The notes under the pieces are model-generated. The model worked only from the letters and a program-made list of their open reading frames with translations. It searched no databases and was not told the origin of the DNA. From Gloeomargarita sp. SRBZ-1_bins_9 (GTDB lineage Bacteria; Cyanobacteriota; Cyanobacteriia; Gloeomargaritales; Gloeomargaritaceae): a stretch of DNA of 64,000 bases. Positions 51,325-60,339 of this stretch are shown one piece after another. The stretch is from contig JAUQVX010000012.1 in assembly GCA_039794565.1 (NCBI GenBank), forward strand, positions 807 through 64,806, written 5' to 3'. The position numbers were made by a program, and so were the translations under genes. The stretch's first letter is position 1. Each line of letters opens with the position of its first letter.

Positions 51325-52833
51325 ATGCGTATTTTGTTTGTGGCTGCCGAGGCCCATCCCATTGCCAAGGTGGGCGGCATGGCCGATGTGGTGGGGGTGT
51401 TGCCGAAAGTGCTGCGGCGCATGGGGCACGATGTGCGGGTGTTCCTGCCCTACTACGGCTTTTTGCCGGAAAAGCTGGACATCCCCAAGACCCCCATCTG
51501 GGAAGGCTATGCCATGTTTCAGTATTTTCATGTATATGAAACCCGCTTACCCAACAGCGACGTTCCCCTGTACCTGTTCGGCCATCCGGCGTTCATGCCC
51601 CGGCGCATTTACTATGGGGAGGACGAGGACTGGCGGTTTACCTTGTTTGCCAACGGGGCGGCGGAATTTGCCTGGAACTACTGGAAACCCAATATTATCC
51701 ACTGCCACGACTGGCACACGGGGATGATTCCGGTGTGGATGCACCAGTCCCCGGACATCACCACGGTGTTCACCATCCACAACCTGGCGTATCAAGGGCC
51801 CTGGCGCTGGAAGCTGGAGCGCATGACCTGGTGTCCCTGGTACATGCAGGGGCATAACGTGATGGCCGCCGCCTTGCAGTACGCCGACCGGGTGAATACC
51901 GTATCGCCCAACTACGCCCAGCAGATTCGCTCACCGGAGTACGGGGAAAAGCTGGATGGGCTGCTGCGCTACTTGGGGGATAAGGTAACGGGGATTCTCA
52001 ATGGTATTGACCCGGAGGTGTTCAACCCGGAAACCGACCCCCACATCGTCCAGAACTACAACGCCGATACCCTGGACAAGCGGGTAGCCAACAAGGTGGC
52101 CCTACAGGAAGAGGTGGGGCTGGAGGTGGACCGGGATAAATTCCTTATCGGCATGGTCTCCCGGCTGGTGGAGCAAAAGGGGATTGATTTGTTGCTGCAA
52201 ATCATGGACCGTTTTCTGGCCTACACCGACGCCCAGTTTGTGATTATGGGGACGGGGGACCGCTACTACGAAACTCAACTGTGGCAAATTGCTTCCCGCT
52301 ATCCAGGGCGGGTCTCGGTGCAGATCCTGTTCAACGACCCCCTGGCACGGCGGTTGTATGCCGGAACGGACGCCTTCATCATGCCCTCGCGGTTTGAACC
52401 CTGCGGCATCAGCCAGATGATTGCCCTGCGCTATGGTTCGGTGCCGGTGGTGCGGCGGACGGGGGGATTGGTGGACACGGTCTTTCACCACGACCCAGTG
52501 GCGGGGACAGGCAACGGTTACTGCTTCGACCGCTACGAACCCCTGGACTTTTACACCTGCCTGGTGCGGGCTTGGGAGGCCTACCGGCACCGTAAGGAAT
52601 GGCGGGAGCTGCAAAAGCGGGGGATGGCGGCCCGCTACACTTGGGAGGAATCGGCCCGGCAATACCACGCCCTGTACAACTCCATCTATGGGCTACCCCC
52701 CACCCACGGCTTGCCGCCGGAGTTCTTGAAGCCGGAGGAACGGGAACAACTGGAGGCGGACCAAAAAGCCAAGGCAGATACGCCCGCCTGTAGTGCTCAA
52801 GCCTGTGAAGGCCCTGTGCCGCTGGCCGTTTGA
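51325..52833 (+). CDS. glgA: Glycogen synthase
   Basis: [44 protein letters not shown]. Confidence 0.98.
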   Translation: MRILFVAAEAHPIAKVGGMADVVGVLPKVLRRMGHDVRVFLPYYGFLPEKLDIPKTPIWEGYAMFQYFHVYETRLPNSDVPLYLFGHPAFMPRRIYYGEDEDWRFTLFANGAAEFAWNYWKPNIIHCHDWHTGMIPVWMHQSPDITTVFTIHNLAYQGPWRWKLERMTWCPWYMQGHNVMAAALQYADRVNTVSPNYAQQIRSPEYGEKLDGLLRYLGDKVTGILNGIDPEVFNPETDPHIVQNYNADTLDKRVANKVALQEEVGLEVDRDKFLIGMVSRLVEQKGIDLLLQIMDRFLAYTDAQFVIMGTGDRYYETQLWQIASRYPGRVSVQILFNDPLARRLYAGTDAFIMPSRFEPCGISQMIALRYGSVPVVRRTGGLVDTVFHHDPVAGTGNGYCFDRYEPLDFYTCLVRAWEAYRHRKEWRELQKRGMAARYTWEESARQYHALYNSIYGLPPTHGLPPEFLKPEEREQLEADQKAKADTPACSAQACEGPVPLAV

Positions 52834-53510
52834 GGGTCCGCCGGTGGGAGCAAATCGGGACGGCGCTGCTGGGTGCGCAGGCGTTGTTGTTCGGCTCGCC
52901 ACTGGGCAATGGCCTGGTGGTTGCCGGAAAGGAGGACCTCGGGGACGCGCCACCCCCGGAACTCCGGCGGGCGGGTGTACTGGGGATATTCCAGCAGGCC
53001 GTCGCTGAAGCTCTCTGAGGTCAGGGAGGCGGGTTTGCCCACAGTACCGGGCAGCAGGCGTGTCACCCCGTTGATGATGGCTAGGGCGGGAATTTCTCCA
53101 CTGGTGAGCACGAAATCCCCTAGGGAGATTTCCCGGTCGGCCAGGTAGCGGATGCGCTCGTCAAATCCCTCGTAGGCCCCGCAGATGAGTACCAGTTGGG
53201 CATAGTGGCACCATTCCCGGAAATGGGCCTGGGTCAGACGTTCCCCCTGGGGGGTCAACAAAATCACCTGACGCGGTTGGAGCTGGGGCAGAGACTCCAC
53301 AGCCGCAAAGATGGGTTCCGGTTTGAGCACCATGCCCACCCCACCCCCGTAGGGTTCATCGTCCACCCGGTGATGCTTGTCGGTGGTGAAATCCCGGGGG
53401 TTGGTGAACACCACCATGGCCACCCCCTTGGCCAAGGCTTTGCCGATCAATCCCGTCGCCAGGGGACTGGTAAAGAATTCGGGAAACAGGGTCACCACAT
53501 CAAAGCGCAT
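52797..53510 (-). CDS. trmD: tRNA (guanine-N1)-methyltransferase
   Basis: [40 protein letters not shown]. Confidence 0.98.
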   Translation of the reverse strand: MRFDVVTLFPEFFTSPLATGLIGKALAKGVAMVVFTNPRDFTTDKHHRVDDEPYGGGVGMVLKPEPIFAAVESLPQLQPRQVILLTPQGERLTQAHFREWCHYAQLVLICGAYEGFDERIRYLADREISLGDFVLTSGEIPALAIINGVTRLLPGTVGKPASLTSESFSDGLLEYPQYTRPPEFRGWRVPEVLLSGNHQAIAQWRAEQQRLRTQQRRPDLLPPADPQTASGTGPSQA

Positions 53511-53952
53511 CGCCGGGATAGACGTACTGGACAGCCAGTTTCCAATAGCGGGAAAAGCGTTTCAGGTCCGCCTGGGGTAAGGGGGGCACCAGCGCTGGGA
53601 CGGGCAACACCTCTAGGTCAAATTCCTGGGTCAAGGCCTGGCAGAACTGCTTAAAGCGGGGGCTGGGACTTGCTGTCGTGACCACCTTCGCGGCCCCCTT
53701 TTCGTAAGCAGCAGCCCGGATTTCTGCCACCACCTCCCCCCGGCGGATCTCCACCGGCAACTCTAGTAGGCACTCGTAGAGAAACACCAGACGCTTACGG
53801 CTCAGGCGCCATTCCCGCAGCAGTTGTTCATCCCAAACCCAGACGGCAGGCGCCCCCGGATAGGCCAGCAACGCCGGGTTGGTGGGACTCAAACTATCCC
53901 CGTGGACCCAAATCAGGGGCTTGGGGGAAGAGGCGGCGGGCCAACTGCTCAT
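53500..53952 (-). CDS. Stand-alone photolyase alpha/beta (antenna-binding-like) domain protein
   Basis: LIWVHGDSLSP.NPAL, VWVWDE, KRLVFLYECL, KRFSRYW; only in-frame ATG close to the domain is at 53952. Confidence 0.75.
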   Translation of the reverse strand: MSSWPAASSPKPLIWVHGDSLSPTNPALLAYPGAPAVWVWDEQLLREWRLSRKRLVFLYECLLELPVEIRRGEVVAEIRAAAYEKGAAKVVTTASPSPRFKQFCQALTQEFDLEVLPVPALVPPLPQADLKRFSRYWKLAVQYVYPGDAL

Positions 53953-54706
53953 AACTGCCTCGAAACGGACAACTGGGTCGGCCATCGTGGGGACAAACGG
54001 CACACCAGCGCCGGCGGCTGTAACGCGCCAAGTTCTCCTGATTGAAATAGTAGGGCTTGTGGCTGAAGGTGCTAGCTACCCACTGCCAGGACAAGTTATT
54101 GCTGGCCGGGTCCCCGTCGAGTAGGTGCTCTAGAAACCAACGCGCCCCCGCCTGCCATTTTACCCGCCGCCAGTGGACGACATAGGCTGCCAGCCATAGC
54201 CGCCCGTGATTGTGCAGATAGCCCGTCTCCTGGAGTTCCCGGCTTAGGCTGTCCATGCACAGGAGTCCCGTACCTGCAGCAGGAATATCCTCCGGTAGTG
54301 TATCGGCGTAGTCCTGGGGCTGCCATCCCGTTTTGTAGGGTTCCCGGTCCTCCCAAATGCCGTCTCCCCATTGGTCGTAGAGCACCTGCCAGTAGGTCCG
54401 CCAGGTCAACTGCCGCACCAAAGGCTCAACCGTCCGCCAGGAGTAACCCCGCGCCCGCAGCCAGTCCCGCACCTCCACCAGCGTCAACACCCCATGCCGA
54501 ATATAGGGCGACAGATGGCTCACCGTCCCGTTTAGGTGATTGCGCGTGGCCCCATAGGTCTCCGGTTGCAGCCGCTCCAGTTGGGCCAAGGCCGCCTGCC
54601 GCCCGCCCCGGATGGGACTCACCGGCCCTGTTGCCTCGGGAAACACCTGCGTCACGTAGGCCACCAGCTCCTCCCGGCTGGCAAAGTCCCGGCGCAAGGA
54701 CGTCAT
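53894..54706 (-). CDS. Stand-alone photolyase FAD-binding/catalytic domain with four candidate Fe-S cysteines
   Basis: GGRQAAL, Y..TRN, SHLSPYIRHG, W..Y, GYLHNH.RLW, DGD.ASN.LSWQW; Cys at 54257, 54002, 53993, 53969. Confidence 0.85.
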   Translation of the reverse strand: MTSLRRDFASREELVAYVTQVFPEATGPVSPIRGGRQAALAQLERLQPETYGATRNHLNGTVSHLSPYIRHGVLTLVEVRDWLRARGYSWRTVEPLVRQLTWRTYWQVLYDQWGDGIWEDREPYKTGWQPQDYADTLPEDIPAAGTGLLCMDSLSRELQETGYLHNHGRLWLAAYVVHWRRVKWQAGARWFLEHLLDGDPASNNLSWQWVASTFSHKPYYFNQENLARYSRRRWCAVCPHDGRPSCPFRGSYEQLARRLFPQAPDLGPRG

Positions 54707-56466
54707 ACGGTGGCCACTTCACTGCGGCGCTTGCGACTACGGCGCTGGGCCTCCTGGGGTTCTTCCCGGGTGGGCGTTTGCAGCAGAAAAATGAGCAAGG
54801 GTTGACTCTTAAATTCCCGCCGGATCAGGCGTTCCAGGGCCGACTCCAGGGCATCCCGCAACCCTGCCCAGTCGATTTCTGCCCCATTGACGGCAAATTC
54901 CGACCAGCGCTCCTGCACCGTCTGGGTAAGCGTCTCCTGGACCAATTGCCGTAGGGCGTTGCTGCTTAGGGAGGTCACCACCCCCCGGATATGCACCTCC
55001 GGCGTCGCCCAGAATTGCCCTTGCCCATCAATGGCCGCGGCTACGGTCACCACCCCCTCACCAGCCAGTTGTTGCCGGTCCTGGAGCACCTGCCCGCTAA
55101 CGATGCCATCGCCCGAGGCATCCACCAGCTCAATCCCCGCCTTGACCTTGCCCACCACCTGTATCCGGTCCGGCGTCAGCTCAATCACATCCCCATTGTC
55201 CACAATCACGATGTTTTCCTTGGGGATGCCCATGGCCTGGGCCGTCTCGCTGTGTTTGACCAACATGCGGTGCTCCCCGTGAATGGGGATAAAAAACTTG
55301 GGCTTCGTCAGGGCCAACATCAGTTTTTGGTCCTCCTGGCAGCCGTGCCCCGACACATGAATCCCCCGTTCTTTACCATAGATCACCCGCGCCCCCTGGG
55401 CCATGAGCTTGTCAATTGTATTCACCACCGCGATGGTATTACCCGGGATAGGATTGGCCGAAAACACCACCGTATCCGTCGGCCGGATCTGGATGTCCTT
55501 GTGCTCCCGGTTGGCAATCCGCGTCAAGGCCGACAGTGGCTCGCCCTGGGAACCCGTGGTCAAAATCACTACCTGCTCATCCGGCAAATGGCGGATCACA
55601 TGCAAAGGTTGCAGCACATCGTCCGAGCAACGGATGTATCCCAGCGTGCGGGCGTGGGCAATTACATTCAGCATCGAGCGCCCCAGCACCGTCACCTTGC
55701 GTTTGTACTTCTCCGCCAGTTGCAGGATGATGTTCAGGCGATGCACCGACGAGGCAAAGGTCGTGATCAACAACCGCCCCGGCGCTTCCGCAAACACCCG
55801 GTCCAACGCCGGAATCACCGCCCGCTCCGACGGCGTAAACCCCGGCACCTCCGCATTGGTGGAATCGCTCATCAGGCAGAGTACCCCCCGCTCCCCGTGT
55901 TCCGCCAGGCGATGCAGGTCAAAGCGTTCCCCATCAATGGGCGTGTGGTCAACCTTAAAATCCCCCGTGTGGATGATCACCCCCACCGGCGTGTGGATAG
56001 CCACTGAAAAACTATCGGCAATCGAGTGGGTGTTGCGGATAAATTCCACTAAGAACGACTGGCCGATGCGCACGAACTCCCGGGGCTGCACCGGATGCAA
56101 TTGGGTGCGGTTGGCGACCCCCGCCTCCTCTAGCTTGGCCTGCAACAGGGCAATGGCCAGCCGGGGGCCGTACATGATGGGAATATCAATCTGTTGGAGG
56201 TGAAAGGGAATCCCACCGATGTGGTCCTCGTGGCCATGGGTAATAATCATCCCCTTAATTTTGTGGCGGTTTTCCCGTAAATAGGACAAATCCGGCAGCA
56301 CCACCTGCACCCCGTGCATGGCATCGGTGGGAAAAGCCAGCCCGGCATCCAACAGCAAGATTTCGTCGTTGATTTCAAACACACAGGTGTTTTTGCCGAT
56401 TTCGTGCAGCCCCCCCAAAGGAATAATTTTGAGGACGGGCGTGGTTTGGGAACGTAGTTTCGTCAT
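54703..56466 (-). CDS. rnj: Ribonuclease J
   Basis: LGGLHEIGKN, THGHEDHIGG, HTGDFK, GSQGEP, HVSGH, PIHGE. Confidence 0.98.
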   Translation of the reverse strand: MTKLRSQTTPVLKIIPLGGLHEIGKNTCVFEINDEILLLDAGLAFPTDAMHGVQVVLPDLSYLRENRHKIKGMIITHGHEDHIGGIPFHLQQIDIPIMYGPRLAIALLQAKLEEAGVANRTQLHPVQPREFVRIGQSFLVEFIRNTHSIADSFSVAIHTPVGVIIHTGDFKVDHTPIDGERFDLHRLAEHGERGVLCLMSDSTNAEVPGFTPSERAVIPALDRVFAEAPGRLLITTFASSVHRLNIILQLAEKYKRKVTVLGRSMLNVIAHARTLGYIRCSDDVLQPLHVIRHLPDEQVVILTTGSQGEPLSALTRIANREHKDIQIRPTDTVVFSANPIPGNTIAVVNTIDKLMAQGARVIYGKERGIHVSGHGCQEDQKLMLALTKPKFFIPIHGEHRMLVKHSETAQAMGIPKENIVIVDNGDVIELTPDRIQVVGKVKAGIELVDASGDGIVSGQVLQDRQQLAGEGVVTVAAAIDGQGQFWATPEVHIRGVVTSLSSNALRQLVQETLTQTVQERWSEFAVNGAEIDWAGLRDALESALERLIRREFKSQPLLIFLLQTPTREEPQEAQRRSRKRRSEVATV

Positions 56467-56533
56467 AGGCTCCTTTACGACCGTTTACAGGATAATGAGC
56501 ACGGTTCACCCCCCGCTGCGGGAGCGAAACTTG

Positions 56534-57442
56534 TTAGGCCACCAAGCGCAGTTGTTGCATCACGGGGCGCAAAACCTGTTCCACCTCTGGCGGAGCCGGT
56601 ACCAAGGGCAAACGCGGTGATCCGACCGGCCAACCCATCCACTCCAAGGCCCGTTTCAGGGGGATGGGGTTTGTCGTCACAAACAGCGCCTTGCAGAGGG
56701 GATATATCTCATTGTACAGGGCCTGGGCTTTGTGGGGCTGCCCATTGACAAAGGCTTGGATCATCTGCTGGATGGTTTGGCCCACCAGGTGACTAGCCAC
56801 ACTGACGACCCCCACCGCCCCCACCGCCAGCAACGGCAACGTTAAACTATCGTCCCCAGAATAGATGTCCAACCGTTCTGGGGGTACCAGGCGGCGCAGG
56901 TGGGCCACTTGCTCCAGATGGCCACTGGCTTCCTTAATAGCCACAATGTTGGGTTCGCTTTCCACCAATTGGGCCACCGTTTCCGGCAGCAGGTTCACCC
57001 CCGTCCGCCCGGGAATGTTGTAGAGCATCAGGGGAAAATCCGGCACGGCCCGGGCAATGGTGCGAAAGTGGGCTATTAACCCCGCCTGGGGAGGCTTGTT
57101 GTAGTAGGGCACCACCTGCAAGCTGCCATCGAGTCCCATTTGCGCTGCCTTTTGGGTGGCCGTCACCGCCTCGTGGGTGCTGTTGGCCCCTGTTCCCGCC
57201 AGGATAGGCGCCCGGTTACCCACCGCCTGTTTCACCACGCGAAATAGCTCGTATTCCTCTTCCCAGGTGAGCGTCGGCGATTCTCCAGTTGTCCCCGCCA
57301 GTACCAGGGCATCACTCCCGTGGTCCAGCAAATGCAGCGCCAGGCGTTCCGCCAGTTCGTAGTTCACGCGCCCCTGGTCATCAAAGGGCGTCACCATCGC
57401 TGTAATGACCCGGCCAAAGCGGGGTGTATCGGCCTCCGCCAC
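56534..57442 (-). CDS. dapA: 4-hydroxy-tetrahydrodipicolinate synthase
   Basis: [41 protein letters not shown]. Confidence 0.98.
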   Translation of the reverse strand: MAEADTPRFGRVITAMVTPFDDQGRVNYELAERLALHLLDHGSDALVLAGTTGESPTLTWEEEYELFRVVKQAVGNRAPILAGTGANSTHEAVTATQKAAQMGLDGSLQVVPYYNKPPQAGLIAHFRTIARAVPDFPLMLYNIPGRTGVNLLPETVAQLVESEPNIVAIKEASGHLEQVAHLRRLVPPERLDIYSGDDSLTLPLLAVGAVGVVSVASHLVGQTIQQMIQAFVNGQPHKAQALYNEIYPLCKALFVTTNPIPLKRALEWMGWPVGSPRLPLVPAPPEVEQVLRPVMQQLRLVA

Positions 57443-57587
57443 CGACGCGTTGCCTCCTGCCTACCGATTTGCCCCCATTATAGCGACGGTGCTGGCCCGC
57501 CCTGGCGACCCGTTGGATATTGCTCCCCAGAAACTTCTCCCCTCTGGCGGCGGTCGTTGCCATTGTTGACCCCTTTGGCCCGTTCCC

Positions 57588-58070
57588 ATGCTGGATGCCC
57601 TTCGAAGCACGTTCCTGCTCCTGTCTTTGCCGGTCTTTTCCGGACAGACGGTGCTCTATATGGATACAGCCCAGGGCTACCGATTGCGGCTGCCGGTGGA
57701 GTTCCAGATGGTGGCGCCGGGGTCTTGGGTCGGCCCGCGTTTACCGACACCGACCGCCATCTACGTCCATGTAGAACCGATGCCGGCAGCAAGGGCCGCG
57801 TTTCCGGTCCATTTCAAAACCTATAAAGACGACCCCCTATTTACCCATGTCACCCCGGTCCCCCTGCGCCACGGTTTGGCCTTTCGGGCCGAGGAGGTCA
57901 TCCGCCCCGGGCAAGGACTGGAGGATATGCACCGCTGGTTTTTGTTTGTCTATCTCCAGGATCGGGTCTATACGGTGGGGCTGAGTGGGCCGTTAAAGGC
58001 ATTCCAGCAGGGTATCTTGCCCCCCATTTACACCGGCGTGATGCGGTCGTTTGAACCCTTACCCCGCTAG
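57588..58070 (+). CDS. Hypothetical exported protein, possibly PsbP/Mog1-like fold
   Basis: Signal-like N-terminus, GYRLRLP motif, C-terminal 'VYTVGLSG...MRSFEP'. Confidence 0.55.
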   Translation: MLDALRSTFLLLSLPVFSGQTVLYMDTAQGYRLRLPVEFQMVAPGSWVGPRLPTPTAIYVHVEPMPAARAAFPVHFKTYKDDPLFTHVTPVPLRHGLAFRAEEVIRPGQGLEDMHRWFLFVYLQDRVYTVGLSGPLKAFQQGILPPIYTGVMRSFEPLPR

Positions 58071-58336
58071 TCCAAAAAATCCATGAGCTGGTCGTTATCC
58101 AAGGGGGGATGGGGGGCCACCGGACGCCGGTGCATCTGGGCCAAGAAAACCCGCAGGGCCAGGGTGACGATTTCCGCTTCGCTCAGGGACCACTGCTGTT
58201 GCAGGGCCTGGAGTTGGGGGCGCAGGTCATCGGGAATGGCGCTATGGACCAGTTCGGTGGGTAGAACCGGTTCGCTGGCTGCTGGCCGCCGCTGCAGGGG
58301 GTTGTTGGCGGAGGTGAGACGGGGACGCTGTTTCAC
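58067..58336 (-). CDS. Small ribbon-helix-helix-like protein downstream of ParA
   Basis: GTGA overlap with parA stop; 'VHSAIPDDLRPQLQALQQQWSLSEAEIVTLALRVFL' strand-helix-helix pattern. Confidence 0.6.
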   Translation of the reverse strand: MKQRPRLTSANNPLQRRPAASEPVLPTELVHSAIPDDLRPQLQALQQQWSLSEAEIVTLALRVFLAQMHRRPVAPHPPLDNDQLMDFLD

Positions 58337-59085
58337 CGTTGCACCTGCTGGTGAATGTACTTGACCAGTTCCTGGAGGGGGGTTAACAGGCGGGGGTCGT
58401 TAGTGTAGCGGTGAATGGGCTGACCGGCCAGGTTGGATTCGGGAAATTTGACGGATTTGGGCAGGGGGGGAAACACATGGAAATCCGCTTGGTTGTGCAA
58501 AGCGCTGAGTACATCCTGGGTCATGATGGTGTGCAGTTCGGCCATGGTGGGTAACACCCCCAGGATTTTGAGTTGGGGATTCAGCCGGCGCTGTACCTGC
58601 TGGACGGTTGCCAACAGGGCCGTCAACCCCTTGAGGGCAAAAAATTGGCACTGCACCGGAATTAGCACGTAGTCAGCAGCGGCCAGGGCGTTCATGGTCA
58701 GCACTCCGCGGCTGGGGGGACAGTCCATCAACACGTAAAGAAATTGCCCCCGCAGCTCGGTCAAGCGGTCCCTTAGGGTGTAAAAGGCGCCACTTTTTTG
58801 CAGCAACTCCACTTCGGCCCGGCTGAGATGGGCATCAGCGGGTATCAGATAGGGGCCGCTGGCGGTTTTGTGCATCACCTGGGTGGCGGCTAACTGGCCG
58901 GTTAACCAGTGGTAAGCGCCAGGGGTTTGTTCGCTCAACTCCACGCCCAGGCCGGTGGTCAAGTTACCCTGGGGGTCCAGGTCAATGAGCAAACAGGGAG
59001 CGGATTCCGCCAATAGACCGCCGAGCGCTAAAGTAGAAGTAGTTTTACCAACGCCGCCTTTGTGGTTGGCAATGGCCAGGAACAT
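58333..59085 (-). CDS. ParA/Soj family ATPase
   Basis: NHKGGVGKTT deviant Walker A, IDLDPQGN.T, DCPP, AAD.VLIPV. Confidence 0.95.
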   Translation of the reverse strand: MFLAIANHKGGVGKTTSTLALGGLLAESAPCLLIDLDPQGNLTTGLGVELSEQTPGAYHWLTGQLAATQVMHKTASGPYLIPADAHLSRAEVELLQKSGAFYTLRDRLTELRGQFLYVLMDCPPSRGVLTMNALAAADYVLIPVQCQFFALKGLTALLATVQQVQRRLNPQLKILGVLPTMAELHTIMTQDVLSALHNQADFHVFPPLPKSVKFPESNLAGQPIHRYTNDPRLLTPLQELVKYIHQQVQR

Positions 59086-59117
59086 GAGCGTGTGCCAGCC
59101 GTCCTGATCCCAGTGTA

Positions 59118-59867
59118 GTGCGCCGATGGACCATGCGTTTACCCGTCAAAAGCGTTACGCAGGCAGGGATGTCCCAGCGGCCAGCCTCTACCACCGAACC
59201 TAGCCAGGCGCCCGTACTGCTTGTTAGTGGCGATGAGGGTTTGCGTCAGCGCCTGCGCAGTGAACTGGCGGAGGCCGGTTATCGCTGTTACCCCTTGGCT
59301 GACCCAACCGAAGCGATGGCCTATTTGGCGCACCAACCCGCCTGTTTACTCATCGTCGAGGCCAGCCCAGCGGGTTTGACCCTCTGCCAGCAAGTGAGCC
59401 AGCGTTACCCCGATTTGCCCATTCTGCTGCTTACGGCAGGAGACAGCCTGGAGGAGCGCATTACCTGCTTAGAATCGGGAGCCTGGGATTACTTGAGCGC
59501 CCCCTATCCCCGCAAAGATTTGCTGCGCTGGCTCCAGCTCTACGTCCAACCCCAGACCGGCCCAGCGGAATATCTCACCTTTGCCGACCTGACTTTGGAT
59601 TTGCAAAAGCGGGTGGCCCTGCGCCGAAAGCGGCAAATTCAACTGACTATGAAAGAATTTGAGCTGCTGAAATTCCTGATGCAGAATCCGGGGCGGGTGC
59701 TGACACGGGAAGAAATCATGGAGCAGGTGTGGGGGTATCAGTCGGTGCACGAGTCCAATGTGATTGAGGTGTATGTGCGTTACCTGCGCCTGAAACTGGA
59801 CCAACCAGGGGAAAAACACCTGATCCAAACGGTGCGGGGGGTGGGCTATGTTCTCCGGGAACCTTAG
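59118..59867 (+). CDS. nblR: OmpR-family response regulator NblR with degenerate receiver
   Basis: LTMKEFELL.FLM.NP..VLTRE.I...VWG, ESNVIEVYVRYLRLKL, IQTVRGVGYVL; upstream of DUF192; start may be 59133 or 59169. Confidence 0.8.
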   Translation: MRRWTMRLPVKSVTQAGMSQRPASTTEPSQAPVLLVSGDEGLRQRLRSELAEAGYRCYPLADPTEAMAYLAHQPACLLIVEASPAGLTLCQQVSQRYPDLPILLLTAGDSLEERITCLESGAWDYLSAPYPRKDLLRWLQLYVQPQTGPAEYLTFADLTLDLQKRVALRRKRQIQLTMKEFELLKFLMQNPGRVLTREEIMEQVWGYQSVHESNVIEVYVRYLRLKLDQPGEKHLIQTVRGVGYVLREP

Positions 59868-60339
59868 GGCCTACCTGAGCGGCGCAGTGCTGGCGGTGGT
59901 GCTGACGGGGGTAGCCGTATTGGCCCAAAAGCCCCAGCATTTACCCATCCGGGCGCAGTTGCAACACAACGGGCAACGGGTCTGGCTGGAGGTGGCTTGG
60001 ACGCCGGAGCAACAGGCCCTGGGGTTGATGTACCGGGAGCGCATAGAACCGGACCGGGGGATGCTGTTTCCCTTTTACCCACCCCGCCCAGTGCAATTTT
60101 GGATGAAAAACATGCGCACACCCATTGACATGGTGTTTTTGCACGAAAACCGGGTGGTGGCCATTTACGCCCAGGTGCCCCCTTGTCCCCGGGACCCCTG
60201 CCCCACCTATGGCCCCCCCGGTCCCGTGGATGGGGTGATCGAGCTGGCACCGGGACGGGCGCGGGAGTTGGGGCTGAAGGTGGGGGATACCCTTACTGTG
60301 CGACTGTTGCGGCCCACTGGCGCGCCCAAGCGAGAATAG
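59848..60339 (+). CDS. DUF192 family protein
   Basis: LEVA.TPEQQ..GLMYR, GMLF.F, FWMKN...P.DM.F, VIEL..G.A. Confidence 0.92.
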   Translation: MFSGNLRAYLSGAVLAVVLTGVAVLAQKPQHLPIRAQLQHNGQRVWLEVAWTPEQQALGLMYRERIEPDRGMLFPFYPPRPVQFWMKNMRTPIDMVFLHENRVVAIYAQVPPCPRDPCPTYGPPGPVDGVIELAPGRARELGLKVGDTLTVRLLRPTGAPKRE

